Source: Myxococcota bacterium
GTDB lineage: Bacteria; Myxococcota_A; Bradymonadia; UBA7976; UBA1532
DNA length: 45,048 nt
NCBI GenBank assembly: GCA_036337435.1
Contig: JAYZEG010000026.1
Location: 1 to 45,048 of the forward strand
Reading direction: 5' to 3'
The notes beneath the pieces were generated by a model. That model saw nothing but the letters and a program-made list of their open reading frames with translations, made no database searches and was not told the origin of the DNA. Shown in pieces: positions 41,258 to 45,048 of this stretch. The position numbers and the translations under genes are program-made. How positions within the stretch are numbered: the stretch's first letter is position 1; the number at the start of each line of letters is the position of its first letter.

Positions 41258-43219
41258 TTGACTCATCGACCCATCACAAATCGGGCCTTACTCATACCCC
41301 TAGCCTGCCTCTTCGCTTCCGGTGTGACTGCCTGTGATGAAACGCAAGCCATCGTGCCAACAGATGGAGGGGTGCTTGAAGATAGCGCCCTTTTTGATAG
41401 GAACTTGGAGCCAGTCTGTTCATTGACCAGCCAGGGGCTATACGACCCCTTCGAATCAGCGCAATTGAATCAGTTTCCGGATGATCTTCTTACCGAACGT
41501 GATGAGGAGAGTCCGACAGGGCGTCGCCTCAGTTCAGACATCGCATTGTTCCCTTGGGCCTCGACGGCTCCTCCTTTATTGGGCAATAACTTCCTCCAAT
41601 GGGACGCGTTATCTGGCTTTGCCCTGTCGGGAAAGATTTTTGTCAGCTTCAGCGAGCCACTGGCGGAGGATTGGCAAATGCGCCCCCCGGCGTCGGACGC
41701 CGTCATGCTGGTCTCATTGACTGATGAAAAAATCGATCGGACCAGCCTCGAGCTGACTTGGGGCTTTGACGGCCGTACCCTATTTGCTCAACCGCGCACC
41801 CCTTTAAGACCAGGAACCACCTATGCGTTCCTTGTAACGAAAACGGTGACAGACGCGGCACCCGAGTGTTTACAGGCTGCCCCCCGCATCAAGGAGTTGC
41901 TACGCGGTGACGTCGGTGATCCACGATTTGAGCGAGTCAGCCCGGATTACATCCGAGCCCTGGACATTGCGGACCTTGAGGCTCGTGATATCGCAGGGGC
42001 GACCGTGTTTACAACCCATCGCGACCATGAGGTTTTGTTTGACGCTGCGGATAACATCAGGCGACGTCGATTCCAGTGGAACTCAGGGTCTCGATGCGAA
42101 GAAAAAGCTCAATGGATCGAATGTCGACACAGTTTTAACGCGCGAGACTACCGGAATGGAGCTGCCGTTTTTGACCCTCGACCAGTTGATACATACCGAC
42201 TTCCCGTGCGGTCTTGGTATCCGACGGGTTTTGATACGCCGAGGCCTATCATGATTTACGGGCACGGTCTCAACAGTAACTTTGGTGAGGTCCAAAAGAT
42301 CGTCGATGAGTATATCGGCCTTGGGTACGCGATCATTGCCACGCCAGCACTTCAACACGTGGATCATCCCACCAGATTAAATCCCGACTCGACCGCCGCC
42401 TTGGACTTTCTCGGCATCGATATCCCTAATCTGCAAATCGACGCGTTTAAAATGCGGGGGCACTTCAGCCAGACAACCCTGGATCGCCTCCAACTCCTAC
42501 AGCTTCTCCGCGATGTTGGTTCGCTGCCGGGCTTCGTTAATCAAAACTTGGATACCAACCTATCCATTTATTTTGGGGTCAGTCTGGGTGGCCTCCTCGG
42601 CTCGAGCCTCTTGGCGTTAGATGACCAATTACGTGCCGGCATTCTTTCTGTCGCCGGCGGTCAGCTGATCGCCTTCGCCACCGATACCGCGTCAGTTGAA
42701 GTTTTCAGGCCAGTCTTGGTCAACATATTCGATGGCGAAGCCATTTACGAGAAGATGCTCACGGTTGCCCAAACCTTTGTTGATGCAGCCGACCCAGCAA
42801 CCTTTGCTCCGCATGTCTTCTACCAACGAAACAATCCTGAGTCACGAACACCCGATATACTTATGCCCGTTGCCGTTTATGATGACATCGTCCCTCCGAG
42901 CACTGGGCGCGCCCTTGCACGAGCCCTGCGTATTCCTCACGTTGGACCGCAGTTTACGGAGGTGTTTGGAATTGAGCGTCAAGGCTGTCCGGCCCAAGGC
43001 AATGGCCGCAATGGCGAGTCGACGCAGGGCTATTTTCAATTCGACCGAGTCGAACGAGATGGCCGACCCGTACCTGCGCAACATACCAATACCCCCGAAA
43101 GCAGCATTGCTCTAGAGCAGTTGCGCGTCTTCTTGCAAAGCATACTGGACGGTCAGCCGGGCCTCATCGTCGACCCATACCAAGACGTCGACCTGCCTGA
43201 ACTGCCTCAAGAGCCATAA
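41258..43219 (+). CDS. Lipoprotein alpha/beta-hydrolase (extracellular lipase-like) with N-terminal Ig-like region
   Basis: Lipobox VTAC-D; FPDD..T and PRTPLRPGTTYAFLVT segments typical of secreted bacterial lipase N-termini; YGHGL oxyanion motif, GVSLGG nucleophile elbow, YDDIVP Asp, candidate His in AQHT. Confidence 0.78.
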   Translation: MTHRPITNRALLIPLACLFASGVTACDETQAIVPTDGGVLEDSALFDRNLEPVCSLTSQGLYDPFESAQLNQFPDDLLTERDEESPTGRRLSSDIALFPWASTAPPLLGNNFLQWDALSGFALSGKIFVSFSEPLAEDWQMRPPASDAVMLVSLTDEKIDRTSLELTWGFDGRTLFAQPRTPLRPGTTYAFLVTKTVTDAAPECLQAAPRIKELLRGDVGDPRFERVSPDYIRALDIADLEARDIAGATVFTTHRDHEVLFDAADNIRRRRFQWNSGSRCEEKAQWIECRHSFNARDYRNGAAVFDPRPVDTYRLPVRSWYPTGFDTPRPIMIYGHGLNSNFGEVQKIVDEYIGLGYAIIATPALQHVDHPTRLNPDSTAALDFLGIDIPNLQIDAFKMRGHFSQTTLDRLQLLQLLRDVGSLPGFVNQNLDTNLSIYFGVSLGGLLGSSLLALDDQLRAGILSVAGGQLIAFATDTASVEVFRPVLVNIFDGEAIYEKMLTVAQTFVDAADPATFAPHVFYQRNNPESRTPDILMPVAVYDDIVPPSTGRALARALRIPHVGPQFTEVFGIERQGCPAQGNGRNGESTQGYFQFDRVERDGRPVPAQHTNTPESSIALEQLRVFLQSILDGQPGLIVDPYQDVDLPELPQEP

Positions 43220-43932
43220 TCGTTGTCGTAGAGTGCTTCAATGGCAGCACGGACGCGCGCTGTCAGATCGTCACGATCCTCGAGGGTGAGGCCTTCGGTT
43301 TGAATCGGCTTGCCGACTTTCATTCTGACATCGCCGGCCGTGACCCGCAGCACTCGAGCCGGTATAATCCGTCCGGTGCCACTCAGGCCAATGGGTAGAA
43401 TCGGCACCCCTGATTTAATGGCCACGATGGCCCCACCTTTTTTGAACGGGAGCATCTCAGGCGAGGCCGAACGAGTGCCTTCAGGAAAGATCAGGATATT
43501 CTTACCGCCCGCAACATCACGAGCCACGCCATCCAAAACACTATGGTCCCCCTTCCCTTTGCCTCGCGAAACGGCAACGCACCCGATGGTTTTCATCGCA
43601 CCTGAGAAGATTGGAATTTTCATTAATTCTTCTTTAACGATGAAGCCAAATAGGAAGGGTAAATTCTGAATTAAAACCGGTGTATCCAAATGAGAACAAT
43701 GATTGCTCATAACGATGAATGGACCCGACTCTGGGATGTTCTCCAAACCGTCAATGTGACAGCGAGCCCCAGTCGTTCGGAGCATGCCCCGAGCCCAAAA
43801 ACGCGCCATACCGCGGGCAATAACGCGTCTTTTTGACATGGGCAGTAACGCGGCTACGCCATTCACGATGACAACCGCTGGTGTAGCAAACCCAAGCCAG
43901 CCATAAAGGACATACTTTCTTACGTTGATCAT
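43207..43932 (-). CDS. plsC: 1-acyl-sn-glycerol-3-phosphate acyltransferase
   Basis: NHCSHLD (NHxxxxD), IFPEGTRS, FKKG, VPILP. ATG 43932 is preferred over the track start at 44007. Confidence 0.88.
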   Translation of the reverse strand: MINVRKYVLYGWLGFATPAVVIVNGVAALLPMSKRRVIARGMARFWARGMLRTTGARCHIDGLENIPESGPFIVMSNHCSHLDTPVLIQNLPFLFGFIVKEELMKIPIFSGAMKTIGCVAVSRGKGKGDHSVLDGVARDVAGGKNILIFPEGTRSASPEMLPFKKGGAIVAIKSGVPILPIGLSGTGRIIPARVLRVTAGDVRMKVGKPIQTEGLTLEDRDDLTARVRAAIEALYDNDYGS

Positions 43933-44029
43933 GGAATCGCTGCCATTAACGCCGTTTTTCAGGTTCTTTAACACTATTTGAATCAACAGGACAGCATGCT
44001 TAAACACAAACGGAACCCGGGCCAGAGCA

Positions 44030-45046
44030 TCACTGAGGAACGAAGCGGATCAAGCCCCCGACCGGACGCGTCTCCAGTGCAAATGTATGCATCAAACAAA
44101 GCATCGTGACATAGAGAGACCCATCAGGCCCAATACTCACCGTCGAGGTCGAGTCATCGGTGATTTGATGTCGAAAGACAATCTCTCCGGTTTGTCGATC
44201 AACGACTAGCAACTCACTTTCCGCCGTCTTGGGAAGGTCAATAATCCCCAAAATAGAGTCTCCAGAGGGATTGAAACGCGTGGCCGTACCGATGAGATGG
44301 TTTTCAGTCACAGTCATAACCGACGTCCATTGAAGACCGTCAGGAAGCAGAATTTCCCAAAGGAGTGACTCTCCCTGAAAGGCACGTAAATCGGGCGTGT
44401 CCGTATTCAGCAAATCAGCGACTTGGATTTCGTAGTGGTAATGAACACCGTCGTTGAGCAATGGTGTGGTCCCCATTGCTGGCCCCGACAGAAGCGGAAT
44501 TGTCGATGCTGGCGCACACACATCTGCATCGGGATCCTTATCCACATTCGCATCGCAATCATCGATATTGGCCAGATAGCTTTTTGCGCCCGAGTTCAAT
44601 GGATCGAGTAATCCGAGAGTCCCATTGCCGTCGGATACCTTAACTTGGTGTCCATCGGGACTCACAGCAGGACTACTGGCACTGCTGCCCTTGGTCTTCA
44701 TATGCCAGCCTGCCTTCAATGTAGGCACCGTGCCAGACCGGTCCACTCTTATCTGAAATAGCGCACCGTCGATGGAATCCCCACCGATGACATAAATTCG
44801 CCCGTCCGGCCCAACCGCAGCTGTATTGTCGCTGAAATTGCCCTCCCCCGAAAATGTGTTTAACAAGCGAGACGGCCCGCCAAACTGAAGGGCATTAAAA
44901 TCCATCAGGACGCTCTCAGGTAATAAGGCACTCAACGTTCCCTCTTCGGCGGGCGGTGGCAATTCCCATCCAAAAACGACCGGAATATCCAGGGTATTGA
45001 TGACCGCACCATTCTCTCTGGAAATCAATGTGACAACACCATCATT
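44030..45046 (-). CDS. Beta-propeller-like (PQQ-repeat-like) hypothetical protein, partial (N-terminus beyond the right edge)
   Basis: Frame is open to the window edge; repeated blade-like motifs AVGPDGRIYV, SSPAVSPDG, VSIGPDGSLYV, VDRQTGEIVF. Confidence 0.6.
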   Translation of the reverse strand, partial: NDGVVTLISRENGAVINTLDIPVVFGWELPPPAEEGTLSALLPESVLMDFNALQFGGPSRLLNTFSGEGNFSDNTAAVGPDGRIYVIGGDSIDGALFQIRVDRSGTVPTLKAGWHMKTKGSSASSPAVSPDGHQVKVSDGNGTLGLLDPLNSGAKSYLANIDDCDANVDKDPDADVCAPASTIPLLSGPAMGTTPLLNDGVHYHYEIQVADLLNTDTPDLRAFQGESLLWEILLPDGLQWTSVMTVTENHLIGTATRFNPSGDSILGIIDLPKTAESELLVVDRQTGEIVFRHQITDDSTSTVSIGPDGSLYVTMLCLMHTFALETRPVGGLIRFVPQ

Positions 45047-45048
45047 GG

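Overview
A gene-dense bacterial chromosome segment of moderate-to-high GC with about 22 CDS. I saw no rRNA, tRNA, CRISPR array or mobile element. The many Cys-rich lipoproteins with acidic Asp/Pro linkers point to a Myxococcota-like (deltaproteobacterial, possibly predatory) organism; this is inference. Housekeeping genes are an AlaX editing protein, a TDD/DTW-type RNA-modification protein, an RluA-family synthase, a membrane-fused spermidine-synthase-like protein, a heterodimeric ABC exporter, a PaaI thioesterase, metG and plsC. Between them lies an unusual set of surface proteins. (1) A two-gene operon encodes a 2443-aa lipoprotein of ~69 thrombospondin type-3 Ca-binding units and a 1688-aa secreted fibre (collagen segment, 34 C-x16-C repeats, fibrinogen-like tip), i.e. 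ficolin-like domain order. (2) Two translationally coupled paralogous lipoproteins have C-terminal halves that match, by eye, the two-barrel BPI/LBP (TULIP) lipid-binding fold. They sit beside a MepA-type murein endopeptidase with a polycationic tail, a secreted lipase and PlsC. (3) There is also a Kazal plus antistasin-like lipoprotein, an 82-Cys lipoprotein with beta-defensin-like modules, and a 7-heme cytochrome-TPR fusion. The best candidates for an undescribed system are the BPI/LBP-like pair with its envelope-degrading neighbours and the TSP3/ficolin-like fibre operon. All family calls come from motif recognition by eye, without database searches; counts are manual.
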